Assembly: GCF_018350175.1 (NCBI RefSeq)
Contig: NC_058368.1
Span: forward strand, 123,816,001 to 123,880,000
Length of the DNA: 64,000 nucleotides
Source: Felis catus
Taxonomy: Eukaryota
Direction of reading: 5' to 3'
The notes under the pieces are model-generated. The model worked only from the letters and a program-made list of their open reading frames with translations. It had not been told where the DNA came from and searched no databases. The translations under genes and the position numbers were made by a program. This document shows positions 40,406-52,910 of this stretch, one piece after another. Numbering within the stretch: the stretch's first letter is position 1; every line of letters begins with the position of its first letter.

Positions 40406-40674
40406 AGTCCTTCTACTTTCAACCTACTCAACACCAGTCAAAAACAGAGGTAGTCTTATGAAATGCAAAATCTCGGGAGGCCAAGATGGCTGTGTCAGAG
40501 ACAGCTATACAGTCTTCAGCCTATATAATAGCACCTAATTGCCACATTATTTTGGCCAGGCTTTCTAAAAAGATGTGTACCTTAGTAGACTCTGGGGACA
40601 GTCTGATGAAGATGAAAAGTCTAAGATGCAAGAGCTTCCTGAACAGATAGTTTTTCCTTCTGCTTTCCTGTTCT

Positions 40675-40902
40675 TTTTATTATTATTATTTTAATTTTCA
40701 TTTTTAATGTTTATTTTTGAGAGAGACAGAGATAGCATGAGTGGGGAAGGAGCAGAGAGAGAGGGGGACACAGAATCCAAAGTAGGCTCCAGGTTCTGAG
40801 CTATCAGCACATGGTCCAGTGCAAGGTTTGGACCCACCAACTGTGAAATCATGACCTAAGCTGAAGTCAGACTCTTAACTGACAGAGCCACCCAGGTGCC
40901 CC
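40675..40902 (-). mobile_element. Can-SINE
   Basis: TSD ctgctttcctgttctt. Confidence 0.92.
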
Positions 40903-41249
40903 CTGCTTTCCTGTTCTTATAGCACTGAATATATACCTGAAATGCAGCACCTTTTAGAGTATACTGCAGTTGTCATTAGTTTTTATTATAAAAGTAATAT
41001 ATGTTCACAATATGAAAGATCTTAAGTGGAAAGAAAATGTCCCTCAACACCCAAAAAGTAGCCAAGGTTAATGGTTCTTGTATTATGTTGTTATGTTAAT
41101 TTTTCTATGTATAAGTTGTTCCATATTACTAGATTATGAGATCCCTGAGGACAAGGACTGTGTCTTTTTCATCTTTATATCCTCAATGCCCAGGACAATA
41201 CGAGGCACACAGGTAGAACCTGGTAACTGTACAGAAAAAATAATAACTA

Positions 41250-41480
41250 AGCTGGTTATAGTTATTAGGCAGTTATTACATTGGCTAGGTGTTACACTAT
41301 GCACTAAGCCCTTTATATGTATTATCTCATTAAATGTAAGTATGATACATTTCTTCATTTTATAGATGAGTAAACTAGTGCAGCAAGGTTACAAAACTTG
41401 TTCATGGTTACAAAGAAAGTAGCTGGTGAAGTCAGCATTCAAATCAAAGATGTTATGGCTCCAAATTGCATGCCCTTACT
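41250..41480 (-). mobile_element. MIR
   Basis: attatctcatt...cattttatagatgagtaaact...ttcaaatc. Confidence 0.65.
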
Positions 41481-42522
41481 ACTGCAATGGAGAAATGATC
41501 AGTGTTGAATGCATTTGTGTTGTAGTTAGTAAATAATACAGAGAACAAAGATTAAGAGGTAACAAGTTATGAGTAACAAAGGATACAAATGAATACACAC
41601 AGAGATGCAAGAGGAATATTAAAATCAGAAAAGTCCATTTTATAGTAGTTGAAATGTACATTCAATAGAACTAGGTCAAGAGTTGCATATCTGTTTTCAT
41701 CTGAAACTACTCTAAAGAACAGAAAAGATGTTTTAATATGAAAGCAGCTGAGGTTTAGCACGATCCTGGGAAACATGCCACCTATGAATACCATGCACAC
41801 ATGTGGGTTTTGTTATTCTTTGGCTTGAACACAAGCCATCACTGTACTTGGCCTGGAGATACAGCCTCTTAAAAGCCCATTTATTGGGAAAGGGTAGAAA
41901 AAAGCTATCTGTTAGGCAAGTCTCAAAGTAAAAAATAGGTTTAAAAAGAGGTACAAATGACAGTATGAATCCTACACATTAATTAGGTAACCTACTCTGC
42001 CTCATGAATGAGCAATGGCTGGCAGGGTGATGGTAGGGAACTAATTAATGATGGGAAGAACGCCACCTCAAAATGAGGACCAGCTTTACAAGGAGGCACA
42101 AGTGGTGCTGGAAGCACATTCTGCTTCTCAAATTATGGTTTATAATTTGTTCCACATACTGTTCATAGTGAAAATACTATCCAGTGGAGCATTTACTAAC
42201 AAAAATGACAGAAACTGACCACACAGACCTACCCCAGACATTTACATCAAAACTTCTGATGACGTAGTGTTAAGTAAACTGCACAGATTAATATGAAGAA
42301 GCAAAAAGTAAATAAATTAAGATAGAAGCCATCCCAAATTATTTTTAAAGAACTAGCAGGGTGTGAAACTAAATAAAGACAGGCAAAACAAACAAACAAA
42401 AAGCACTGTGTACGTTCTAATTCAAACATCATAAGGAAATACCAAGAGGTTAGTCCACAAATCCAGGATCATTTTCCGGATGGTTACAGAGACTACATAT
42501 TCTGATGAAAAAGAGTGAGTTG

Positions 42523-42742
42523 AGGGGTGCCTATGTGGCTCAGTCTGTTAAGCGTCTGACTCTTGATTTCTGCTCAGGTCATGGATCTCAAGGTTCACGG
42601 GGTTGAGCCCTGAGTTGGGCTCTGCGTGGACAGTGTGGAGCCTGCTTGGGATTCTCTCTCTCTCTCCCCCTCTCTGCCCATCTCCCGTTCTTGCTCCCTC
42701 AAAATAAATACACTTAAAAAAAAAAAAAAAAAGAAAGAAAAA
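42523..42742 (+). mobile_element. Can-SINE
   Basis: TSD aaaaga(g/a)tgagttg. Confidence 0.9.
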
Positions 42743-43029
42743 GAATGAGTTGGATGATCTTCAACTCTACAACTTTTTTGGTTTTCTTTTGGTAAGGAAT
42801 GCCCTACTAAAGAATAGAAATTATATCCCATTTAGCTACACATAAAAAAAAATTATGTTTAGTGAAAAAAAACCATGAAATTAAATCAAACTTAACAAAC
42901 TTGAAAAATCTGATCATTACACATGTTTAGGAGCCTCATTGCTCTCCTTCACAAATGTCTTTGCATCCAAGTCCGACTGTAGTTTATACAGAACAAAATG
43001 AGGCCCTTTTATTCTTTTGTCTTCTTCTA

Positions 43030-43261
43030 TTTCTTTTATTAAAAATTTTTTTTAATGTTTATTATTTGAGAGAGAGAGAGAGAGACAGAGCATGAGCGGG
43101 GGAGGGGACAGAGACAGAGAGGGAGATACAGAATCTGAAATAGGCTCCAGGCTCTGAGCTGTCAGCATAGAGCCCTACACAGGTCTCAAACTTGGGAACG
43201 GTTAGATCATCACCTGAGCCAAAGTCAGATGCTCAACCAACCAAGCCACCCAAGAGTCCCC
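43030..43261 (-). mobile_element. Can-SINE
   Basis: Antisense SINE text flanked by cttcttct. Confidence 0.88.
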
Positions 43262-44127
43262 TTCTTCTCTACTTTCAACCCTTTGTTTACTGAGCTCTGA
43301 ATGACTAACATAATATTAATATTAACAAGTCAGAGTCCCTGAGAAGCTTCACATTTTCTGGCTTAAATCTCAAGAAAATAAATCATAATATTAACAGGAC
43401 TTCTATGAGTTAAATTCCTTACTGAAACCCACTGAAAAGTATAGTCATTAAATAAACCAAATGACCAATTTTTTTCTCAGAACATAGTACCCATTTAGCT
43501 TAGCTTATGCAAGTATATAAGCTAATTTCAGTATAATCAAAAGGAGAGTATATAATATTTACATGTATTTAAAGTGTTTAGAATTTTGTTGGCACCAAGT
43601 GCTTCACAAATGTTTATCGTTAGTAGTTACTAACATTTTAAGAAGTTAACATGAAGTCTGATTTTTTGAAAGCTAGACCACATTTCATACCATAGTTTCA
43701 ATTAAGACAGTAAGAAACCATCGACCATTTAAACTTTTACTTTTTAAAATATTTCCTACAAAGGATAAAACTTGAGTCAAATATTATCAGCTGAACCTCA
43801 CATACTAGTTCTACAAAGTGCTAGTCCCAAAACTCGGCAGAAACAAGAACTCATTTTATGGTATTTACATAAAAAAACAGATTTTTGAGGCCCACTGAGT
43901 GTTCCACTAGGAAAGGCAGAAACTCTTCTATAATCCTTGGGAAACCATGAACTGAGTCTATCTCTCTGAGCAGTCCTGAGTTTCTCCCACTGGGCAATGC
44001 TCACCTCTAGATACACTGGTGTGCATTTCCAGAAAAGCAATTCTACATAAGAGTTTTAGGAAATGCAAAGCTAAGTATAGGCTGTCCTGTCTTTTCACAG
44101 TAGGATGAGACTAAATCTGCCTGGACA

Positions 44128-44903
44128 CCTTTTTGAGGAAGATGTGGTGGCAGCTGCAGCACAGCTGGGGTCCACCTGCTCCTGTCTTACCGCTGTTCGC
44201 TCTCACTCAGGAACAAGTAGTCCGAAAGTTGTGCACTGCAGCCATGGCTTACAGACACTGGAAAGACTCCCAAAAAACCTGAGGTGGGAATTAATCGAAT
44301 ATGAATTACCCTAATCAGCCACAATGTATATTCCCTGGAGAAGCTTCATGCTGATTCGATCTGAGGCACAAAGGAAAAGAATATCAAAGAACCAGTTTAG
44401 AGGCCTACCAGGACTCTGAGAGTCACTACAAGAAAAATTCCTTGGGCTGAAGGTACTAAGATTCCTAAGATTTTCCAAAGTCGTTTCCAGACGAGGATCC
44501 ATAAGCCACTCACTGACTTGCACAGTCCTTCAGAGATTATTTAGCCCTTCAGATACTATTAAATATCAAGTGGTCAAAGTCACTATTGTAGATACTGACA
44601 CCAATGATTTCAATAAATTATCAGTTGTTGGCGCGCCTGAGTGGCTTAGTCATTAAGCATCTGACAGTGGCTCAGGTCATGATCTCAAGTCCCACATTAG
44701 GTGAGGTCAAGCCCTGCTATGGGTGAGCCCCGCTTCTCTCTCTCCCTCTCCATACCCCCCCCCCCCCCCCATTGTGGGATTTTCTCTCTCTCTCTCTCTC
44801 CTTCTCTCTGCCTCTTGCTCACTTGCCCTCTCACTCTCTCTCTCAAAAATAAAAATAAAACATAAAAAATAAAGAAATAAATTATCAGATGTTAAAAAAA
44901 AAA
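44128..44903 (+). pseudogene. RPS20: RPS20 (40S ribosomal protein uS10) processed pseudogene, interrupted near its 3' end by a Can-SINE
   Basis: 5' UTR begins cctttttgaggaag and runs to gccATG (44244). Intronless, degraded CDS follows RPS20 ([44 protein letters not shown]) with frameshifts and stops. AATAAA at 44612 and A-tail at 44894-44903. Confidence 0.92.
44630..44875 (+). mobile_element. Can-SINE (variant subfamily with poly-C) inserted at the RPS20 retrocopy poly(A) signal
   Basis: TSD aataaattatcag(t/a)tgtt at 44612-44629 and 44876-44893. Confidence 0.88.
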
Positions 44904-47900
44904 GTGCACTGCGATCACAATAATCTATGAGAAAAATTATGATTGTTCCATGATCTTTAACAACTTTTGTCAAAACATTAAAAACTCCGTTGGTTACAAA
45001 TGTAAAAGGAAATGAAAAAGATAGTAAAAGTACTATTTATTTAATATACTATTTTAAAACATCAGAAACAATGAGAATTAAAGTGTTTTATTTATTTGTA
45101 AAAACTTACCAAGGACAGTTTGAACTGTTTCCTCCTTCTCATAGTATAATTACAATCTACAACAACCATCTTTTCCACACCTTAGTGAATTGTCATATTC
45201 CTTCCTTCTAAGGTTGCAATGCTTTCCACCATTTCATCCTTTGTGTTTTCAAAGTTGTGAAGTATCTCAGAATTCTTTCAGTGTGAAGTTTTCTGCTGGT
45301 GTCACTTCCTCGGGAACAACTTCGTTCTTCTCATCACAACGATTTCCTTCATTCACGTTGAGAGGTTCATCTTCCCCAAGTTCCTCTGACTGCCCATCTG
45401 GAGGGTCTCAAATGGCAGCAGTGTCTACCTTTCCACAAGCAGATGTTTCCTTTATGACTCCATCTATGTTTCATTCAAATTGTATTTCCAGTATTATCAC
45501 TTTGTGTTCATTATTGCACTTTCACCTTTTTTGGCCAATTCCCTCTCTCAATTTTCCATTTTTGTAAAATATTATCTGGATTTACGACCAGGTTACAAGG
45601 GAGCAACTCAACCATCCGCTTGGCAGTCTGTGTGTAAAGTGAATTAGAGATGTGTGGTGACCAATCTCTGACAGACTCTGAAAGAAGTGATGTGAATGGT
45701 AATGAATCATGACATATGCCTGTTATTTCAGTAGTGATTTGTGAACTGAAAGGCAGGTAGCTACTAGTTTATGTAAGTATTCATAGTTCAAATCCTGTGG
45801 TAATTGGAATTTGAACCATGTTGTTAGGGGGACTGAGGTAATTTAACTAAACCAAAGTAACTATAAGTCATGCATATAGGAAGTGTGTAAAGTGAGGTCT
45901 GTTTATAACTTAACTCATGATTTTAAGACTTTTCTAGTAAGACAAAATAATTTAGAGTACAATAAAAATGTACATGCATGCTTAAAATTAAACATGAGAA
46001 TTTGTCGAAGTTGTGTTCTTCACCTACAGATTCCCAGGTATACAAGGTATTCTCTGTCATTAGGAGACTTTAGTGGTAAAGTTTGAGAAGCACAGCCTTA
46101 TGGATAGAATGATCCAATACATGAGAATTCTACACCTCACCAAGTGGGTTTCTAGGGCACTTAGTCTAAGTTGGTGTGAGAAGAGTTGATTAGTATAGAT
46201 ACGTGACTTAGTGAGCACCAAGGAACATACTGTTAATGAGATATACAGATTTCCTGCAGAGTTGAAGCAGATATTTTACACATATATTTATAAACTTCCT
46301 AAAACTTGGAGTAGGTAGCTTTGTTCAAGTGGCAATTAGTCTGGGAACTTGTGAAGAAGAAGGAAGGGATTTAAAAGTAGAGAACTTTAAAAATATATAT
46401 TCAATTTCCCCTTATATCCTAAAGTTCCAAATACTTACTTAGGATAAATAAGATTATTTTTCCTATTCCCTTGGAAGATTTAAAACTGTTTATGACAAAA
46501 GTATAAGTATAATGAGACTAAACATTTTCAAGATAAAAACTAAATCTAATGTGAGAGGAAAGATAAAAACTCTAAAAGTAAGTTGTGTCTAAGAAAAGGT
46601 ATACCAAATGATAATTCTTAAGTTTTCCAGAAGTCATGGCAAAAACAGAAACAAGAGTAGTTATATGATCCTTGTCAAATAATGAGTTCATTAGGAGAAA
46701 CTTTTCCTAGTCTTGAACACAAAGAAATAATTCTCTACAGCCCGTGCATGAAAGAAGGTAAGCCATTTAATAAAGAATATCCCAATTATGGTTCTTATTA
46801 AACAATGAAGCAACATTCTACACATGACTTTCTTGTATTACTATGAACCCTTGGTGAAAAGCTAGTTTTAAAATTAAAATCTAGTTCAGTGATGAGAGAA
46901 TAGATAAAGAACGAATTGACATGGTTCAATTATATATTTTTCTGGGGATCCACCCTATTAACATTATAGGAAGAATTAATATGTTCTCATTACAAAACAA
47001 GTTTTAAAGTACTGGAAAGACTCTGAATGGGAAAATACTTTCCCCTGTTAGCTGAGAGATCCACGGTATGTAATGTCAGGAGAAAAAGAAGGAGGGGCAC
47101 AGAAACAAAAAATTTCTAGCTCCTACTGTACACCACATCATGTTAAATACTTTTCCTATTTTATAATGTTTAATTGTGATTAAAACCCTGAGAGGCAGGT
47201 ATCACATAATACTATTTTTACATATCAAAAAAAATTGAAGGTCACCAAATTAGAAAGTTTGGAAAATCTAGATTTACTCAATCCCATTTACAGGCAATAT
47301 GCCAGATGTGTTACCAGTTAATAGTAAACATGAAAATGGGAGACCCTGACTTATATTCTTGCTCTAATTTGAGAACTAACTTCCTTCTACTTAGGATTTT
47401 TGCTTCAAAATGACCCTGCCAAACATTACTTGAAGCCTTCTCAGAATTCCCAGGCACAGTGAACTCTTCTTCCTTTTTATTTCAGTAACAATTATATAGG
47501 CCTCTAATAGAGCTTCACCATGGTTTTCATTTACATGGTTAGAAGCCATCAAACTGAGTTCAAAATCTGCAGACAAGGCCACAAGTAACTCCTTAACTTC
47601 TGCTTACTTTGGGTTCAGTTCGTTCTTCTTCACTATCGTAAGGTAGAGGTTAGGTTATTGATTTGAGATCTTTCTTCTTGTTTAATGTAGATATTTATAG
47701 CTATAAATTTCCTTTTAAGCACTGCTTTGGCTGCATCCCATTAGTTTTGCTATGTTGTACCTTCATTTTCAGTAATCTCAAAGTATTTTCCAATTTTCCT
47801 TGTGATTTCTTCTTTGACTCATTGCTTACTTAGGAAGCTGTTATTTAATTTCCATGTATTTAGTCAATTTTCGAAATTTCTTTCTGTTAGTGATTTTTAA

Positions 47901-48443
47901 ATTCACTTCAGTGTGGTCAAAGAACTTACTTGGTATGATTTCAATCCTTTTAAATTTATTGAGATTTATTCAATTTCCTAGCATATAGTCTATGTTGTAT
48001 GTTCTATGAACATTTGAAACGAATGTGCATTGAGTTGTTGCTTGAGAGAAGACCTTTATAAACGCTAATTACATCAAGTAGGTTAATACTGTTTTGGCTT
48101 TTTATATTCTTATTTATTTTCTATTCTATCAATTATTAAGGGAGGGGTAATGAAATCTCCAATTATAATTGCGGATTTGTCTACTTCTCCTTTCTGTTTT
48201 GACAGTTGCTCCATTTATTTGGAGGCTCTGTCACTGGGTGCATACATATTTATGATTACTATGTTTTCTTGATGAACTGATCCCTAAAGATCATTATGTA
48301 ATGTTGCTCTTTATCTCCAGCAATACTCCTTGTTCTGAAGTTGACTTTGTCTGATATTAAAACAGTTACCAAGCCTTTTTTATGTCTAGTGTCTGCATGG
48401 CATATCTTTATATTTAAACTAAGTTTCTTCCAGACAACACATA

Positions 48444-48783
48444 CAGTTGACCATGGAACAGGGGTTTGAACTACATACGTCCACTTATATGTAGATTTTT
48501 TCCAACGGTTTCAGTTCAGTAATATAAATGTATTTTCTCTTCCTTATGATTTTCTTAGTAACATTTTCCTTTCTCTAGCTTACTTTATTATAAGAATACA
48601 GTATAAAATACATAATACATATAAAATAGGTGTTTATCAACTATGTTATCAATGAAGTTTCTGGTCAACAGTAGGCTATTAGCAATTAAGCTCTGGGGAA
48701 AAGTTATATACAAGTTTACGACTATGGCGGTGGAGGGTGTAGCTGTCAGCACTCTTTATTTAACCCCTGTTCAAGGTCAACTG
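48444..48783. mobile_element. Tigger2-family MITE (Tigger2a/MER8-like)
   Basis: TIRs cagttgaccatggaaca and tgttcaaggtcaactg with TA target duplication. Confidence 0.85.
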
Positions 48784-48817
48784 TAGTTAGGTCTTGTATT
48801 TTAATCAGTTTGGTGTA

Positions 48818-48819
<2 letters not shown>

Positions 48820-48878
<59 letters not shown>
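48820..48878. repeat. (CA)n microsatellite
   Basis: Read directly from sequence. Confidence 0.95.
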
Positions 48879-48879
<1 letters not shown>

Positions 48880-48882
<3 letters not shown>

Positions 48883-49075
48883 TGTATGTATGTATATTTA
48901 AGTTTTTACTTATTTTGAGAGACCGAGAGAGAAAGGCAGAGACAGAGTCCCAAGCAGGGTCTGCACTGTCGGCACAGAGCCAAATGTGGAGCTCGAACTC
49001 ATGAACCATGAGATCATGACCTGACCTAAAATCAAAGGTTAGCTGCTTAAGTGACTGAGCCACCTAGGCATCCCC
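48880..49075 (-). mobile_element. Can-SINE
   Basis: Antisense SINE whose tail side abuts a (CA)n tract. Confidence 0.85.
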
Positions 49076-49290
49076 AGTCTGTTATCCGTTCACTGCAGCA
49101 TTTACACCATTTATATTTAAAGTTATTGCCAACATGGCTGGGTTTAAATCTATTATCTTGCTATTTGTTTTCCATTTGTCCCACCTATTCTTTGTTTCAT
49201 TTTTTCCATGATCTTTTAGATAAAAAAGACTTTATCACCACTGTTGGCTATTAGCTATGCCTCTTTATTTTTTTAGTAATTACTCTACAG

Positions 49291-49516
49291 CAGGAGTTGA
49301 CAAACTATGGTCCATGATGAAATCTGGCCCACTGTTTGTTTTTGTAAATAAAGTTTTCTTGAAACACAGCCACCATCCATTTGCTTAAATATTGTTTGTG
49401 GTTACTTTCATCACATAGCAGCAGGGTTAGGTAGTTGTAACAAAGACTGTATGGCCCACAAGGCCTAACATATTTACCATCAAAACATTTACAGAAAAAG
49501 TTTGCTCAGACCACTG
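49291..49516. mobile_element. MER58A-like hAT MITE
   Basis: caggagttgacaaactatgg...aaagtttgctcagaccactg with 8-bp TSD ctctacag/ctctatgg. Confidence 0.8.
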
Positions 49517-49582
49517 CTCTATGGTTTAAATTTAAGAATTAAGATCCAATAACAAAATGTAATTCCTCTGACAATTACTCAC

Positions 49583-49689
49583 ATTATTTTCTTGATTCTT
49601 GTTGTTCTTCAAGAGTGTGATAATACAATTATGAATAAAGAAAGCAAGGGTAAGCACTCCAGTCAGCTGTGGAAACTGAAATCTTATCT
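49583..49689 (-). CDS. SLC38A9: SLC38A9 coding exon, 107 nt: (E)[35 protein letters not shown]
   Basis: Acceptor ctcctag|AG, donor AAT|gtgagt. Translation matches the recalled mammalian SLC38A9 segment [31 protein letters not shown]. Confidence 0.97.
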
Positions 49690-50359
49690 CTAGGAGAAAA
49701 AGAGAGTGAAAAAAACCCACATTAAAACTGACAAGTAGAAAATGAATGTTAGTGGCCAAAAGTTGATTATGAAAAATTAGTTGTCTTTGCCTTATCCAGG
49801 GAATAATAACATTAAAATGCCTTTACAGAGTTCCTCAAGACTAGCATTATACTTGAGCAAAGTACTTGAAAACAAAACAAAACAAAAAAAGGAATCAAGA
49901 GAAGACTACTCTGTGAGGGTACCTAATGTGTGGTGAAGCAAGATTCAATTTTAGGTCTAACTCTAAAGGTCTTCCTCTTCTAATATTTGAATCTGTCAGA
50001 AAAACACTTTTAGAAAATGAATCAGAAAAGGGAGAATTAGTCATCTAAAATTTTTCAAAGGCTAATCTAAAAAAGCATTGTTTAAAAATACTAGAAATAA
50101 TTTAAATGTCTACAGAGAGGGGAATGGTTAAACTATGATACAGTTGCTCAATGGTATACAGTATGTATGAATTATGTTCTAGATAATTATTTAACACCAA
50201 AGCAAATGTACATGATTTAAGTAGCATGCATAGTATGATTTTACATTTATTTAAAATATTTTGTGTGCATATATATGTATATATATATGCATAGAAAAAA
50301 AATGGAGAGATAATCACAAAAATTTAAATAGTGGTTACTTCTGACTAATGGGATTTATT

Positions 50360-50382
50360 TTATTTTTTAAATATTTATTTAC

Positions 50383-50424
<42 letters not shown>

Positions 50425-50582
50425 CAAGTGGCAGAGGGACATAAAGAGAGGGAGAGAGAGAATCCCAAGCAGGCTCCATGCTGTCAGCACATGGCCCAAC
50501 ATGGGGCTTGAACTCACGAACCATGAAATCATGACTTGAGGTGAAATCAAGAGTCGGATGCCCAAACAACTGAGCCACCCCA
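50360..50582 (-). mobile_element. Can-SINE
   Basis: TSD tgacta(a/g)tgggatttatttta. Confidence 0.9.
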
Positions 50583-51159
50583 TGACTAGTGGGATTTATT
50601 TTAAATTAAACACTTACCTATATTCTCTTAATTTTCTACAATAAGTCCAAAGTTACGATGAAATAAGAATAATAAGACAATATTTCAAAAGCATTGTTAT
50701 TTTCTGTCTTTGAGGTCTACTAACACAAAAATGAAAAAAAATGCTGTAAGGGGGAATAAGGCCTTGATTTACATGAAAACAGTGCTAGATCTGGACAGAG
50801 TAGATGACAAAGTGGAGAACAAGTCATCTTGGGGAGATTCCCTGTGTAAAAAGTAGAAACAAGAAAAGAAAGTCTACTGACTTTTTGCCATAATATTTTA
50901 GGAAAGAAAATAAGAATTAAGCACTAGCTTCTAAAAGAAATCAAGATGTAAGATATTAAAAATTATACACTTTGGTTTTCTGTTAAGTTTTTGTTGGTCT
51001 GTTATCTTTTATCTGAATTTTTATTTGTGGAAACAATTCCAAGTATATTTTTCTTAAGAAAATTCTCCCCTTTACTGCCTGTAATCTTTAAAATTTTTTA
51101 CATGTAACCAATAAAATAAAATGTGGAGGTAACTCCAACTTCTGCTTTAAAAAAATCAG

Positions 51160-51273
51160 CTTTTTAAAAAAGTTTTTTAGATTTTTAAGTAGTCTACACT
51201 CAACGTGGAGCTCAAACTTACAACACGGAGATCAAGAGTTGCACACCCTATTGACTTAACCAGCCAGGCACCC
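51160..51273 (-). mobile_element. Short old Can-SINE
   Basis: tctacactcaacgtggagctcaaac...cagccaggcaccc. Confidence 0.8.
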
Positions 51274-52713
51274 TCCCCCCAAATCAACTCTTAATAAATT
51301 GTGCATTCAAGGATAACCTCATCACTTCAGATCAACAGTCAGCATTATATTTATGTAATAGTAACAGAGGTACCATTTTTAGAAAGATGATAAAATATTA
51401 TTCACATGACCATATTCTTTGCAGAGAAACAATAGAAAAACTCTTCGGTAAAAATTCAAAGTCATCAAATCACAAAGGAAGAGAGCAAAAGAGAAAGAAA
51501 CAAAGAAATTACAAAACAACCAGAAATCGATTAATAAAATGGCAGTATTAAGTCTACACCTATCAATAATTATTTTAAATGTAAATGGACTAAATTCTCC
51601 AACCAAAAGACACAGAGTGGCTGAATGGATAAAATAAGACCCAACCAGAGGCTGCCTCCAAGAGACTCACTTCAGCACTAAGCATACAAATAGAATGAAA
51701 GTGATGGGGTGGAAAAAGATATTCCATGCAAATGTAAACCAAAAGAAAGCAGGGCTATATGTATATCTGACAAAATAGACTTTAAATCTAAGACTGTAAT
51801 AAGAAACAAAGAAGGTCATTATATAATAATAAAGGGATCAACTCATCAAGAAGGTATAACATTTGCAAATATTTATGCTCCCAACATAAAAACACCTAAA
51901 CATATAAAGGAAATATGAACAGATCTGATGGGGGGGGGGGGAATAGATAATAATACAATAAAAGTGTAAGATTTCAATACTATACTTTCAACACTGAATA
52001 GATAATCCAGAGAGAAAATCAAAAAGGAAATATTGGATTTAAATGACATATTACACCAGATGTACTTAACAGACATTTCCAGAACATTCCATCCAATAAC
52101 AGAATACACATTCTTCTCAAGTGCACATGGAACATCTCCAGGATACATCACATGTTAGCCTATAAAACATATCTCAAATTTAAGAGGCTTGAAATCATAC
52201 CAAGCATCTTTTCCAATGATGGTATGAAACTAGAAATCAATTACAGGAAAAAAAAAATGGAAAATTCACAAATGTGGAGATTAAATAACATGTTACTGAA
52301 CAACCAATGAGCCAAAGAAGGAATCAAAAGAGATATCAATATCTTGAGACAAATGAAAATGGAAACACAATATATCAAAACTTAAAAGATGAAGCAAAAA
52401 CAGTTCTAAGAGGGAAAATTATAGTAATAAACATCTACATTAGAAAACAAGAGCTCAAATAAACAACCCAAGTTTATACCTCAAGTAATAATAAGAAAAA
52501 AGAACAAATTAACCTCAGTTGTAGTAGAAAGTAAAAATAACAAGAGGGTAGAAATGAGAGGAGAGCAGAAATAAATGAAATGGACACTAAATAGACAACA
52601 GAAAAGATCAATAAAATTAAGAGCTGTTTTTTTTTTTTTTAAAGATAAACAAAACAGACAAACCTTTAGCTGTATTAAACAAGAAAAAAGAGAGAGGACT
52701 TAAATTATAAATA

Positions 52714-52910
52714 GGGGCACCTGGGGGGCTCAGTCAGTTGACTGTCTGACTTTTGATTTTGGCTCAGGTCATGATCTCGGGGTCATGGGATTGAGCCCTA
52801 AATTGGGTGTGGAGCCCACTTGGGATTCTCTCTCCTTCTCTCCCTTTGCCCCTCTCTCCCATTCATGTGCTCTCTCTCTCTCCAAAAATAAAATTTAAAA
52901 ATTAAAAAAA
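52714..52910 (+). mobile_element. Can-SINE inside L1
   Basis: Head ggggcacctgg. Confidence 0.88.

Larger units (their letters stand above)
44078..45905 (-). mobile_element. TcMar-Tigger (Tigger13a-like) element hosting the RPS20 retrocopy
   Basis: Degenerate TIRs taggctgtcctgtcttttcac and gtgtaaagtgaggtctgttta flanked by TA. Acidic transposase remnant on the minus strand at 45190-45560. Confidence 0.75.
47590..49270 (-). mobile_element. Old L1M ORF2 5' (endonuclease) fragment, interrupted by a Tigger MITE and a SINE
   Basis: Typical antisense L1 text such as ttgatttgagatctttcttc, ctataaatttcc and tgaaatctccaattataattg. Confidence 0.8.

Noticed and set aside
44105..44314. ORF containing VHCSHGLQ, resembling a hAT CxxH motif
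   Set aside because: It is an off-frame reading of the RPS20 retrocopy 5'UTR and start.
45190..45567. 125-aa Ser/Phe-rich ORF
   Set aside because: Antisense reading of the Tigger transposase remnant.
51929..51941. Poly-G run, and poly-C at ~44755-44770 and ~28577-28586
   Set aside because: Homopolymer expansions inside repeats with no evidence of function.
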